DNA from: Raphidiopsis brookii D9
GTDB lineage: Bacteria > Cyanobacteriota > Cyanobacteriia > Cyanobacteriales > Nostocaceae
NCBI GenBank assembly: GCA_000175855.1
Contig: ACYB01000019.1
Location: forward strand, 54,084-86,083
Reading direction: 5' to 3'
DNA: 32,000 nt
Positions 1 through 9,023 of the stretch are shown here, in pieces. The position numbers were made by a program, and so were the translations under genes. Position 1 is the first letter of the stretch. Every line of letters begins with the position of its first letter. The notes under the pieces were generated by a model, which saw only the letters and a program-made list of their open reading frames with translations, did no database searches and was not told the DNA's origin.

Positions 1-296
1 CTAGCATTAATATCCAGTGTATCCTTGTGCCTTACCAAAGATAAACCTAAAGCAGTTAAAACTTGACCCATCCTTTCTACGTCCGCTAACAAAGGGACAT
101 TACTAATCCGACAATCTCCAGAGCAAAGCAAAGCTCCAGCCATGATTACCAGGGCTGAATTTTTGGCCCCGCTAATTCTTACATTCCCTTCCAGGGAATA
201 TCCACCACAAATTTTTAAGACTGAGGAGTCTAATTGGGTATCTGACAGGGTGCTAGGAGAATTAATAAGCCTACCTCCTTTAAGATTTACAGTCAT
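1..296 (-). CDS. murA: UDP-N-acetylglucosamine 1-carboxyvinyltransferase, N-terminal part (gene continues past the left edge)
   Basis: Minus-strand ORF absent from the supplied track because it runs off the window. ATG is at 296-294. My translation is [69 protein letters not shown], which matches the conserved MurA N-terminus (ISGAKNSAL motif). Confidence 0.75.
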   Translation of the reverse strand, partial: MTVNLKGGRLINSPSTLSDTQLDSSVLKICGGYSLEGNVRISGAKNSALVIMAGALLCSGDCRISNVPLLADVERMGQVLTALGLSLVRHKDTLDINA

Positions 297-345
297 AGGT
301 GTTCGCGTTCAGTTTTAGATTCTACAGCAAAGTTTACTAGTTCTC

Positions 346-374
346 TTGACAATCCCCAAGATTTACGTCATCAT
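346..374 (+). promoter_or_regulatory. Candidate sigma70-type promoter for tRNA-Leu
   Basis: Perfect TTGACA at 346-351, a 17-nt spacer, then a weak -10 (CATCAT, 369-374) about 25 nt upstream of the tRNA 5' end. Sequence pattern only. Confidence 0.25.
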
Positions 375-399
375 ATTAGTTCAGTAATAAATGTAATGT

Positions 400-481
400 G
401 CGGAACTGGCGGAATTGGCAGACGCGCTAGATTCAGGTTCTAGTGCCGCAAGGCTTCCGGGTTCAAGTCCCGGGTTCCGCA
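400..481 (+). tRNA. tRNA-Leu, anticodon CAG (class II, long variable arm)
   Basis: Hand-folded cloverleaf. Acceptor GCGGAAC/GTTCCGC with discriminator A. Anticodon stem CTAGA/TCTAG with loop TTCAGGT (CAG). Variable arm GCC-GCAA-GGC. T arm CCGGG-TTCAAGT-CCCGG. D loop contains GG. No encoded CCA. Confidence 0.85.
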
Positions 482-511
482 TTTGGGCAGTTATTAGTCC
501 TTGGGAGTGTT

Positions 512-1303
512 GTGCTGACCAGTTTACAAAATCCTCTAGTTAAGCAGATCCGTAAGTTACACTCCGCTAAGGAGAGACATAAACAACAGTTGTTTGTGTT
601 GGAGGGAACCCATTTAATTGCAGAGGCTTGTAGTGTAAATTACCCATTGGAAACGGTTTGTTGCACTATAGATTGGCAAAATTCCCATTCGGAATTGTGG
701 CAAAATGTTTGTAATGCTTGTCATCGTGTGGAAATAGTCAGCCAAGAGGTTTTAGCAGCTATGGCCACCACGGTCCAACCGGATGGTGTGGTGGCCATGG
801 TCAAACGTTGTGAAGAAAACCCTATTCCCATAACGGGGTTGGCCCTGGCCCTGGAAACTATTCAGGATCCAGGTAATTTGGGAACTATCATCCGTACTGC
901 TGCTGCTGTGGATGCTTCCGGTTTATGGTTAAGTAATGATAGTGTGGATTTAGACCACCCCAAGGTCTTGCGGGCTTCTGCTGGACAGTGGTTTCGCTTA
1001 AAAAAGCAGGTGAGCCACAACCTAAAGGACACTGTACAAGATTGTCAACGGGGGGGTATGCAAGTGGTTGCTACCCTACCAACAGCTGAGTTAACCTATT
1101 GGCAAGTGGACTGGTCTTTACCAAGTCTTATTTTACTGGGCAATGAAGGTGCTGGTTTATCAGATGACTTGGCCACAATGGCAAATATACAAGTTAAAAT
1201 ACCTCTTAGCCCTCAAGTTGAATCCTTAAATGTGGCTATATCTGCCGCTTTAATATTATATGAGGCGCAGCGACAAAAAGCTTGTGGAAAAAATACAAAC
1301 TAG
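512..1303 (+). CDS. TrmH/SpoU-family RNA 2'-O-methyltransferase (RlmB-like, group 3)
   Basis: Track ORF 443..1303. C-terminal SpoU motifs are LILLGNEGAGLS and IPLSPQVESLNVAISAALILYE. The 5' 69 nt of the track ORF overlaps the tRNA, so I place the start at GTG 512 (VLTSLQNPLVKQIRKL...). The exact start is uncertain. Confidence 0.8.
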   Translation: MLTSLQNPLVKQIRKLHSAKERHKQQLFVLEGTHLIAEACSVNYPLETVCCTIDWQNSHSELWQNVCNACHRVEIVSQEVLAAMATTVQPDGVVAMVKRCEENPIPITGLALALETIQDPGNLGTIIRTAAAVDASGLWLSNDSVDLDHPKVLRASAGQWFRLKKQVSHNLKDTVQDCQRGGMQVVATLPTAELTYWQVDWSLPSLILLGNEGAGLSDDLATMANIQVKIPLSPQVESLNVAISAALILYEAQRQKACGKNTN

Positions 1304-1321
1304 TATTTGACAGGAAAGAGA

Positions 1322-1888
1322 ATGAGTCAGTTTTTGATTAATACTTTTACTAGTCTGAGTATGTTGGCAGCGTTTACCGTGATATCGGGTTGTAACATGT
1401 CCTTATTTGAGAATACAGATATTAAGGATGTTGTAGAGAAAGTAAGTGATGGGGACACACTGATATTAAGAGAAGGTGGTGGAGAAAAACACAAAGTACG
1501 ACTGGGTTGTATAGATGCACCAGAGATACCCCATTCCTCTACGCAAAAGAGGAGTAAGAAAAGGCGGGATATGAATCAGTTTAATTGGGGGGTAAAGGCA
1601 AAAAATCGTCTGGCACAATTGATTAAAAATTCAGGGGGTAGGGTGAAAATAAATGTTGTTGACCAAGACGAATATGGTAGAAAAGTTATAGAATTGCGGT
1701 TGAGAGATGATACTTTAGTACAAGAAGTTTTATTGACAGAAGGCTTGGCAAAAGTCTATCCGGAATACATGAAGCTATGTAGTAGTAAAGATATTATGCT
1801 ACGGGCGCAAACCCAGGCCCAAAGACAAAAAATAGGAATCTGGGGTGATGATGAATTTATTAATCCCTGGGAATATCGCAAACTATAG
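1322..1888 (+). CDS. Staphylococcal-nuclease (SNase/thermonuclease)-like lipoprotein
   Basis: Track ORF 1307..1888 (TTG). ATG 1322 is preceded by GGAAAGAG. Signal peptide with lipobox-like VISGC. SNase hallmark DGDTLILR..VRLGCIDAPE. Confidence 0.75.
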   Translation: MSQFLINTFTSLSMLAAFTVISGCNMSLFENTDIKDVVEKVSDGDTLILREGGGEKHKVRLGCIDAPEIPHSSTQKRSKKRRDMNQFNWGVKAKNRLAQLIKNSGGRVKINVVDQDEYGRKVIELRLRDDTLVQEVLLTEGLAKVYPEYMKLCSSKDIMLRAQTQAQRQKIGIWGDDEFINPWEYRKL

Positions 1889-1956
1889 GGATAAGTGGAT
1901 GGCAACCCGGGTTTTTAAAAACTACAGTAGGATATATAATCTACAATTAATTTACG

Positions 1957-2796
1957 ATGAATAACAAATTACCCAAGTACGAATCCTTAGTGAAAACATC
2001 CGGTAGCTTGTCGGACCAACCGTTGATTGAACTCAGAGGTGTTTCTAAATCATTTGGAAGAACTAGGGTTTTAGACAGTGTAGATTTACAAATTTACAGA
2101 GGAGAAGCGCTGGGAATTATTGGACCATCAGGAACGGGAAAATCAACCATCCTAAGAATTATAGCAGGCCTACTAGAACCCGATGCAGGAGAAATTTATA
2201 TTCAAGGAAAAAAACGCAATGGTTTAATTGAGGATAATAAAGACCCCATTGGCATTGGCATGGTATTTCAACAGGCGGCCTTGTTTGATTCCTTAAATGT
2301 AGATGAAAATGTGGGATTCCTATTATATCAAAAATCAAAACTAGCCCCCAATCGAATTCGCAACCTAGTCAACGAAAAATTAGAAATGGTGGGGTTATCA
2401 GCTGAAATTGCTAATCTTTACCCTTCGGAACTTTCCGGTGGGATGCGAAAAAGGGTAAGTTTTGCCCGTGCTATCATGTCCAATCCTGACTACCCTCGTG
2501 ATACTCCGGAAGTTCTACTATACGATGAACCCACTGCTGGGCTTGATCCAATCGCCTCTACCGTTATAGAGGATCTGATCCGTAACTTGCAACATACTCA
2601 GGGCGTTTGCAGTACTTACTGCATTGTTACCCACCAAGATAGCACAATCAGACGCACAGCGGATAAGTTAATATTTCTTTACCAAGGCAAGGTACAATGG
2701 CAAGGTAAAATAAGTGAAATAGATTACACTGATAATCAGTTAATCAGACAATTTATGAGTGGTAGTATCCAGGGACCAATTCAGGTGATTGGCTAA
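1957..2796 (+). CDS. ABC transporter ATP-binding protein, MlaF/TGD3-like
   Basis: Walker A GPSGTGKST, ABC signature LSGGMRKRVSFARA, Walker B LLYDEPTAGLD. Sits directly upstream of an MCE-domain gene. Confidence 0.85.
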   Translation: MNNKLPKYESLVKTSGSLSDQPLIELRGVSKSFGRTRVLDSVDLQIYRGEALGIIGPSGTGKSTILRIIAGLLEPDAGEIYIQGKKRNGLIEDNKDPIGIGMVFQQAALFDSLNVDENVGFLLYQKSKLAPNRIRNLVNEKLEMVGLSAEIANLYPSELSGGMRKRVSFARAIMSNPDYPRDTPEVLLYDEPTAGLDPIASTVIEDLIRNLQHTQGVCSTYCIVTHQDSTIRRTADKLIFLYQGKVQWQGKISEIDYTDNQLIRQFMSGSIQGPIQVIG

Positions 2797-2820
2797 TAAC
2801 CAGTATGAGAGGGGGATTGA

Positions 2821-4239
2821 ATGAGTGGATTCAAAACTACAAGGACTTTTAGAGAAGGTGCAGTAGGATTAATTTTCCTAATTGGTTTGGGAGCATTTGG
2901 TGTGATTTTTTTATGGTTAAATCGAGTCACCCCAGGTCGTAGTTCCTATCAGGTAATAGTGGAATTTGCTGATGCTGGAGGTATGCAAAAAGGCGATCCG
3001 GTCCGCTATCGGGGGGTGAAAGTGGGTAGTATTGCCAGGATGACTACTAAACCAAATGCGGTGGAAGTCGAGCTGGAAATCAATGACCCCAATTTACTCA
3101 TTCCTGCAGATTCAAGAATAGAAGCTAATCAAAGTGGTTTAATCAGTGAAAGTATTGTTGATATCACTCCCATAGGCGATGTTACCTTAGATCCTAACAC
3201 TGCTAAACCCCTGGATAAGGATTGTAATCCCGGTTTGATCATCTGTCATCAGTCCGGTAAGTTAAGGGGTCAAATTGGCACTAGTGTTGACAGACTGATT
3301 AGACAGTCGTCGGATTTTGCTGATAAATACGGAAATAAGGAATTTTACGATAATGTTAATCGGTTGTTAATTACTTCAACAGATGCAGCAGCTAGTATAG
3401 CTAAGCTAAGTCGAGAATTACAAGTTGCTAGCAGAAGTTTTCAGGGAGAAGTGGGAAAATTTTCTGATACTGCTGTGACTATTCAACGTGCAACTAATGA
3501 ACTTACTGCTACTACTAAACAAACAGCAGCACAGATTAATACAACCGCTGGTGATTTTAGTACAACGGCAAAGCAAGCAGGTAAACTAATTAACAATCTC
3601 GATGATTTATTGACCACAAATCGTTCAGCATTAGTCAGTACTTTGAATAATATTAATGAAACAAGTAATCAATTGAGGCAAACAGTTAATGCGCTCTCAC
3701 CAGCTGTAACCAGATTAACCCAAGGAGATATACTCAAGAACCTGGAGATTCTGTCAGCTAATGCAGCAGAGGCTTCGATTAGTTTAAAAGATGCTAGTAA
3801 GACATTGGCAGATCCTAAAAACATAGTTTTATTGCAGCAAACACTGGATGCAGCAAGAGTCACCTTTGAAAATACTCAAAAAATCACATCTGATTTAGAT
3901 GAGTTAACGGGAGATCCTAAATTCCGGCAAAATTTGTTGCAACTGGTCAATGGCTTGAATAAGTTGCTATCTTCCACAGGGGATATGCAGGAACAAACAA
4001 AAGTGGCCTTGACTTTGGACTCGATTAAACTATCAATCAATCAGGGTTCTAGTCAGTCTAAGTCAGAAACGACTTCCGATTTAGGAGTTAGCAATCATGG
4101 AGTAAAAGCAGAAAAGTTGGAAAAACAAGAAAATCGAGTGGTTCCTTCCGTTATTGTAACTCCTAATCCGGTGATAGAAATTACCCCTGTACCCGAGTTA
4201 TTGCCAGAGCCAGTTTTGCCATCCTCCCAGGAACCCTAG
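2821..4239 (+). CDS. MCE/MlaD-family (TGD2-like) substrate-binding protein with a long low-complexity C-terminal extension
   Basis: ATG preceded by GAGAGGGGGA. N-terminal TM helix (GAVGLIFLIGLGAFGVIFLWL). MCE core YQVIVEFADAGGMQKGDPVRYRGVKVGSI. About 300 further residues are T/A/N/Q/L-rich helical sequence with a Pro-rich tail. Confidence 0.8.
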   Translation: MSGFKTTRTFREGAVGLIFLIGLGAFGVIFLWLNRVTPGRSSYQVIVEFADAGGMQKGDPVRYRGVKVGSIARMTTKPNAVEVELEINDPNLLIPADSRIEANQSGLISESIVDITPIGDVTLDPNTAKPLDKDCNPGLIICHQSGKLRGQIGTSVDRLIRQSSDFADKYGNKEFYDNVNRLLITSTDAAASIAKLSRELQVASRSFQGEVGKFSDTAVTIQRATNELTATTKQTAAQINTTAGDFSTTAKQAGKLINNLDDLLTTNRSALVSTLNNINETSNQLRQTVNALSPAVTRLTQGDILKNLEILSANAAEASISLKDASKTLADPKNIVLLQQTLDAARVTFENTQKITSDLDELTGDPKFRQNLLQLVNGLNKLLSSTGDMQEQTKVALTLDSIKLSINQGSSQSKSETTSDLGVSNHGVKAEKLEKQENRVVPSVIVTPNPVIEITPVPELLPEPVLPSSQEP

Positions 4240-4241
4240 AC

Positions 4242-4538
4242 CTAGTTCCAATCTTCTTCCTCTCTTTTAGCATGACTTTTGTAAATCCCGCCCAGATGGT
4301 GAATGGCTCGTGTTTTGACAAAGAGTTCTTCCGTAGTTAAACCCCAGAGTTGTAAAATGCGGTCTAAATCATTCTGTAGGTCTCGAGCTCCTGGAAAACC
4401 CTGATATCTGATTTTTAGTCGAGCCAGTTCCGCTAAATTGTAATCTGTTTTCTCCTCAGATAGTAGACTATTAATAGTCAGGCGATCGCGGTGATAGCGG
4501 GGGTGATTTTGTTCTTTGGAGGGAGAAGTGTCTGTCAT
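4242..4538 (-). CDS. Small conserved cyanobacterial protein (I recall DUF3288; family name from memory only)
   Basis: 98-aa ORF convergent with the MCE gene, with only 2 nt between the stops. Contains a HIP1 site. Sequence HPRYHRDRLTINSLL..LARLKIRYQGFPGARDLQNDLDRILQLWGLT. Confidence 0.5.
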   Translation of the reverse strand: MTDTSPSKEQNHPRYHRDRLTINSLLSEEKTDYNLAELARLKIRYQGFPGARDLQNDLDRILQLWGLTTEELFVKTRAIHHLGGIYKSHAKREEEDWN

Positions 4539-5079
4539 AAATATTACTTAAATATTACAGGTTTAAGTGGGAGAGGTGAATAATTGAGGATTGTTATATT
4601 ATGTTATACCATTATAACAAATACAAAGCATACCATACCAGACCTATAATATGGGGATAGGAGTTAATGACGGCTACCACATCCAGGTTAATACGGCTCT
4701 CACCACTGCCAAATATGCTCAAATAAGGATATTCTGGATGTAATTCCAGTGTCTTTAAGACTATTGCCCAATTTCGGATCAAAGTGGTACTATTAAACCA
4801 ACAACCCAAGAATAACCATCTGCGGTGAGGATTCATCTTAAGTATGGAGAAATGCCAGCAGAAGCTTGGTTTATGTTAGTTCAGTACATCAGTACGAAGG
4901 ATATGCTTGATAACTTTATTCCTTCAACCTCTAGGGATAGGCAATATCAGGTTAACTCTAGGAACCGAAATTGGTCTACGAGGAGTTTACCCACTTATGC
5001 TAATTGGCACAGGTTGAATAAAATCGATTAGTGTATTTGTTAGCAGTAGTTAGCAAAAATATCGGAGAAAGAACCCGCT

Positions 5080-7532
5080 ATGTTTGAACACTTTACATCC
5101 GAAGCCATTAGGGTAATTATGTTAGCGCAGGAGGAGGCACGCCGCCTGGGTCATAACTTTGTCGGCACAGAACAGATTCTCCTGGGCTTAATAGGGGAAG
5201 GAACAGGTGTTGCGGCGAAGGTTCTGACAGATTTGGGTGTGACCCTCAAGGATGCGCGTCGGGAAGTTGAAAAATTATTGGTAGGGGTTCTGGTTTCGTC
5301 CCACCCGAAATCCCTTTCACCCCGAAAGTCAAGAGTCTATTTGAGCAGTCTTTTAGAGAAGCTCACGGTCTTGGTCACAACTACATAAACACAGAACACT
5401 TATTGTTAGGATTAACTGATGCGGGAGAAGGGGTTGCAGCCAAGGTATTAAAGAGCCTTGGGATTGAACTACAGACAGTCCGCAGTAGAGTGATGAGTAT
5501 ATTGGGTGAAGATAATAGAGTGGTTGCTGGTCGTCAAGACAACCCCAGGCGCAACCAGAATCTCAGTATAGAAGAATTTGGACGTAACCTCACCAAGTTG
5601 GCCCAACAGGGGAGGTTAGATCCGGTAGTGGGTCGACAAACGGAGATTGAACGCACCGTACAAATATTGGGTCGTCGTACCAAGAATAATCCTGTGTTAA
5701 TTGGTGAACCTGGGGTGGGGAAAACCGCAATTGCTGAAGGTTTAGCCCAACGGATTGTGAACCAGGATGTTCCCGAAATATTGCTGAATAAACAGGTAAT
5801 TAGTCTGGATATGGGCTTGCTGGTTGCGGGAACACGCTTCCGGGGAGATTTTGAAGAGCGTCTGAAAAAGGTGATGGAGGATATTCGCTCCGTCGGCAAT
5901 ATTATCTTGGTGATTGATGAAATTCACACTATTGTAGGTGCTGGCGGTACGGAAGGAGGTTTGGATGCGGCCAACATACTCAAACCCGCCCTGGCCAGGG
6001 GTGAACTACAATGTATCGGTGCCACCACTTTGGATGAATATCGGAAGTATATTGAGCGGGATGCAGCTTTAGAAAGACGTTTTCAACCAATTTTGGTAGG
6101 GGAACCATCAGTGGCAGAAACCATAGAAATTCTTCGAGGTCTGCGCAGTGCTTATGAGCAACATCACAAGGTAAATATTTCCGATGATGCGGTTATTGCT
6201 GCAGCTGAGTTATCAGATAGGTACATCAGCGATCGCTTTCTGCCTGATAAAGCCATAGACCTAATAGACGAAGCTGGTTCTCGGGTAAGGTTAAGGCACT
6301 CCCGAATCATTGATAACAAAGAGCTGAAACAACAACTGAAAAATACCAGCCAGGAGAAAGCGGAAGCGGTAAGAGTTCAAGACTTTGGCAAAGCTAGTAA
6401 ACTCCGTCAGGAAGAGCTAGATTTACAAACCCAACTAGCGATCGCGCAAAATTTGCCCAGGATTACCATTCCCCAGGTAGACGAAGAGGATATTGCCGAA
6501 ATAGTGTCCTCCTGGACGGGAGTACCTGTCAATAAACTGACTGAATCTGAATCTGAGTTGTTGTTGCATCTAGAAGATACACTGCATAAAAGACTAATTG
6601 GACAGGAACAAGCGGTTACAGCAGTTTCCCGTTCTCTTCGTCGCGCCCGCGTGGGGTTAAAAAGTCCTAATCGTCCCATAGCTAGTTTTATCTTCAGTGG
6701 ACCTACAGGGGTGGGGAAAACCGAACTAGCTAAGGCTTTAGCAGCCTACTTCTTCGGTGCGGAAGATTCCATGATTCGTTTAGATATGTCCGAATACATG
6801 GAAAGCCATAATGTTTCCAAATTGATTGGTTCGCCTCCAGGTTACGTAGGGTACGATGAGGGTGGACAACTGACGGAGGCGGTAAGGCGTAAACCCTACA
6901 CATTGCTGCTGTTTGACGAAATTGAGAAAGCACATCCCGATGTGTTTAATATGTTGCTGCAAATCCTAGATGACGGTCATCTTACGGATGCTAAAGGTAG
7001 GAAAGTGGACTTCAAGAACACCCTAATTATCTTGACATCCAACATTGGGTCTAAGTTAATTGAAAAGGGTGGTATGAGTTTAGGTTTTGAATTTGATAAT
7101 CAGGCCAACGCTAGTTACAATCGCATTCGCAATCTGGTCAACGAAGAACTTAAGTCCTATTTCCGTCCTGAATTTCTCAATCGAGTAGATGAGATTATCG
7201 TCTTCAGTCAGTTGAATAAAGACGAGGTCAAAGAAATTTCCCAGATCATGCTTGAGGAAGTTGCTAAGCGTCTTCAGGAGAAAGGGATTAAGTTAGAGGT
7301 GACAGAAGCATTTAAAGACCTAGTAGTTACGGAAGGCTATGATCCTAGTTATGGTGCTAGACCATTACGTCGGGCCATAATGAGACTATTAGAGGATTCC
7401 TTAGCGGAGGCCATTTTGTCCGGTGAGATTGGAGAAGATGACCAGGCCATTGTAGATGTTGATGACGATGGTTTGGTGAAGGTGAAGAAAGCAGAAACGC
7501 GTGACTTGGTACTAGTTAGTGCTCCTGCTTAA
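5080..7532 (+). pseudogene. clpC: ClpC-type Clp protease ATP-binding subunit (class I AAA+ chaperone), interrupted by a one-base frameshift
   Basis: Track ORFs 5080..5388 and 5403..7532. The N-terminus [49 protein letters not shown] is canonical ClpC up to ..REVEK. The conserved continuation [47 protein letters not shown] is read in the -1 frame starting at the A5 run 5270-5274. Both AAA modules are present ([18 protein letters not shown]), with a UVR-like middle region. Confidence 0.85.
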
Positions 7533-7560
7533 TATTGGTAATGGTTAGTCCTTATCTTTC

Positions 7561-7593
7561 ACAATTCCCATAGATTCTATCCATGGGAATTGT
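7561..7593. terminator. Hairpin between convergent genes (possible bidirectional terminator)
   Basis: Perfect 11-bp inverted repeat ACAATTCCCAT (7561-7571) / ATGGGAATTGT (7583-7593) with an 11-nt loop. It lies between the clpC stop (7532) and the stop of the minus-strand ORF (7613). There is no strong U-tract. Confidence 0.4.
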
Positions 7594-7612
7594 CACTGGT
7601 GGGATTAAGTAA

Positions 7613-8686
7613 CTATAGTGCAAAGTCCATGGTCTCAATAAACTCCAAAATATTCTGCTTCATGTCCTCAGCTTCATCTAGAATGGAACCTCGAAGGTCA
7701 CCAGTAAAAAATGTTCGTTGACTGCTAACTATATACAAAAAATTTCCATTCGTGAAAGTCAATAATCCACGGTATGCATCTAGTCTTGTTGGGTTACCAT
7801 TGTTTTTTCGTTGGGAAATGCTTGAACCTTTAGGCATGTCCACTAGCACATAATAGTAACTACTTAAAGTATCTTGGAGTAAGCTATCCTGTAGGTACTC
7901 AGTGTACTTTATTTCTGCACCTAGGATATGTTTCAAAATAGCTTGGGGTAAATATCTTTCAATTAAAACAGAGTGGAGATATGTTTCTTGTCCTTGTTCC
8001 TCCATGGTTTCTAAATGTTCTTTAGTAAGGGGATAGTAATCAATTCTGATAAAAGTTCCCCCACTGTCAGAGAAACCAACCATTCCCTGTTGACTAACTA
8101 TCTTCCCCCCTCGTTCTGATGTTACAGGTACAACAACTCGGAAATTATTTGAAGGAGATTGGTATATTTCCTGTCCCAATTCATCTACTATAATTTCCGG
8201 TTGTTTTAATTCTTGTGTATCTTCTATATTTTGTGGGTCTTCTATTACTGCTATTACCTCTCTAATAACTTCCTCAGCTTCTATATCCTGCAATTCTAAG
8301 GCTTGTTGTAGTTGTTTGATGTATGACTGTTTTTCCTTAGGTATGGTCATACTCTCTTCTTCCAGTAGCATTACTACACCAGCAGCAAACGCGTCCAAGA
8401 CTATATCACTTTTTAAACTTGTATTGGCAGTATTAAATAGGGAACCTAATCCTTCCTCCTGAGCAATAATTACTAGTCTATTGACCATTTCTAAGATTTC
8501 CTCTTGGGAGTACCCATCAAAAACCTGAAATTCCAGTAAGATATCCGCTAAACTTTCCGTGTCTATATCTTCTATAGTACAGTCAACAGCTGCACTAATA
8601 ATTGCTATAGCTGCTACTGCTTCCTCTGAATTTAGGGATTCAGTTGTAAATGCTGAGGAATTAAAAATTTTATCATACTTGGTCAT
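7613..8686 (-). CDS. Hypothetical protein, acidic, 357 aa
   Basis: Long uninterrupted ORF with an ATG start. No motif I can assign with confidence. The N-terminal ~110 aa is a helical acidic region and the C-terminal ~190 aa is of unknown fold. Confidence 0.6.
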   Translation of the reverse strand: MTKYDKIFNSSAFTTESLNSEEAVAAIAIISAAVDCTIEDIDTESLADILLEFQVFDGYSQEEILEMVNRLVIIAQEEGLGSLFNTANTSLKSDIVLDAFAAGVVMLLEEESMTIPKEKQSYIKQLQQALELQDIEAEEVIREVIAVIEDPQNIEDTQELKQPEIIVDELGQEIYQSPSNNFRVVVPVTSERGGKIVSQQGMVGFSDSGGTFIRIDYYPLTKEHLETMEEQGQETYLHSVLIERYLPQAILKHILGAEIKYTEYLQDSLLQDTLSSYYYVLVDMPKGSSISQRKNNGNPTRLDAYRGLLTFTNGNFLYIVSSQRTFFTGDLRGSILDEAEDMKQNILEFIETMDFAL

Positions 8687-9023
8687 AATGATAGATCACC
8701 CTTATTAATTGGTAATATCCCGGTCAGAAAAAATTGACTTTTTATGCTCTCACCAGAAAATTCTGGATTTTTGATTTGACCTTGAACTGGTATATACCCA
8801 GAGAGTTATACTCTGGGTTATCTATAGAGCGCGGTAATAGATCATTAACACCCCAATTAAAATCTGCTGTATTATCTCAAATTATGGTTAATTTTTCTCG
8901 GTTATCCCAGGGAAAAATTGATAGCTTTAGCGAGAATAGGACAGAGTTGATAGATAACGGTGCTTCATTGTATCACAAAAAAGCCAAGTTAGGATTAAAT
9001 TTAACTTAACCACGAAAAAAATA

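Noticed and set aside
443-511. 5' extension of track ORF 443..1303 (MPQGFRVQVPGSAFGQLLVLGSV)
   Set aside because: It overlaps the 3' half of a well-folding tRNA-Leu (400-481) on the same strand. The methyltransferase similarity only begins after about residue 25, so the real start is downstream (I used GTG 512).
1904-1916. Palindrome AACCCGGGTT followed by TTT after the SNase-like gene, as a rho-independent terminator
   Set aside because: A 10-nt perfect palindrome leaves no loop. The foldable stem would be only about 4 bp, too weak to call.
4612-5031. ORFs 4612..4836 (-) and 4825..5031 (+) in the region upstream of clpC
   Set aside because: They have no RBS and no recognisable motif, and the two overlap each other. 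4612..4836 is hydrophobic and could be a small membrane protein or a gene remnant, but I cannot support it from sequence alone.
5534-6962. Minus-strand ORFs inside clpC (5534..5899, 5742..5927, 6407..6679, 6730..6933, 6780..6962)
   Set aside because: These are antisense shadow ORFs within a strongly conserved coding region. They have Arg/Ser/Pro-rich unnatural composition, no RBS and no motifs.
8734-9009. ORF 8734..9009 and an 8-bp-stem hairpin (ACCCAGAG/CTCTGGGT, 8796-8818) in the 337-nt intergenic region upstream of the GT39 gene
   Set aside because: The ORF starts at TTG, has odd composition and no RBS. The hairpin has no U-tract or other recognisable riboswitch or sRNA signature. Most likely this is just a long divergent promoter region.
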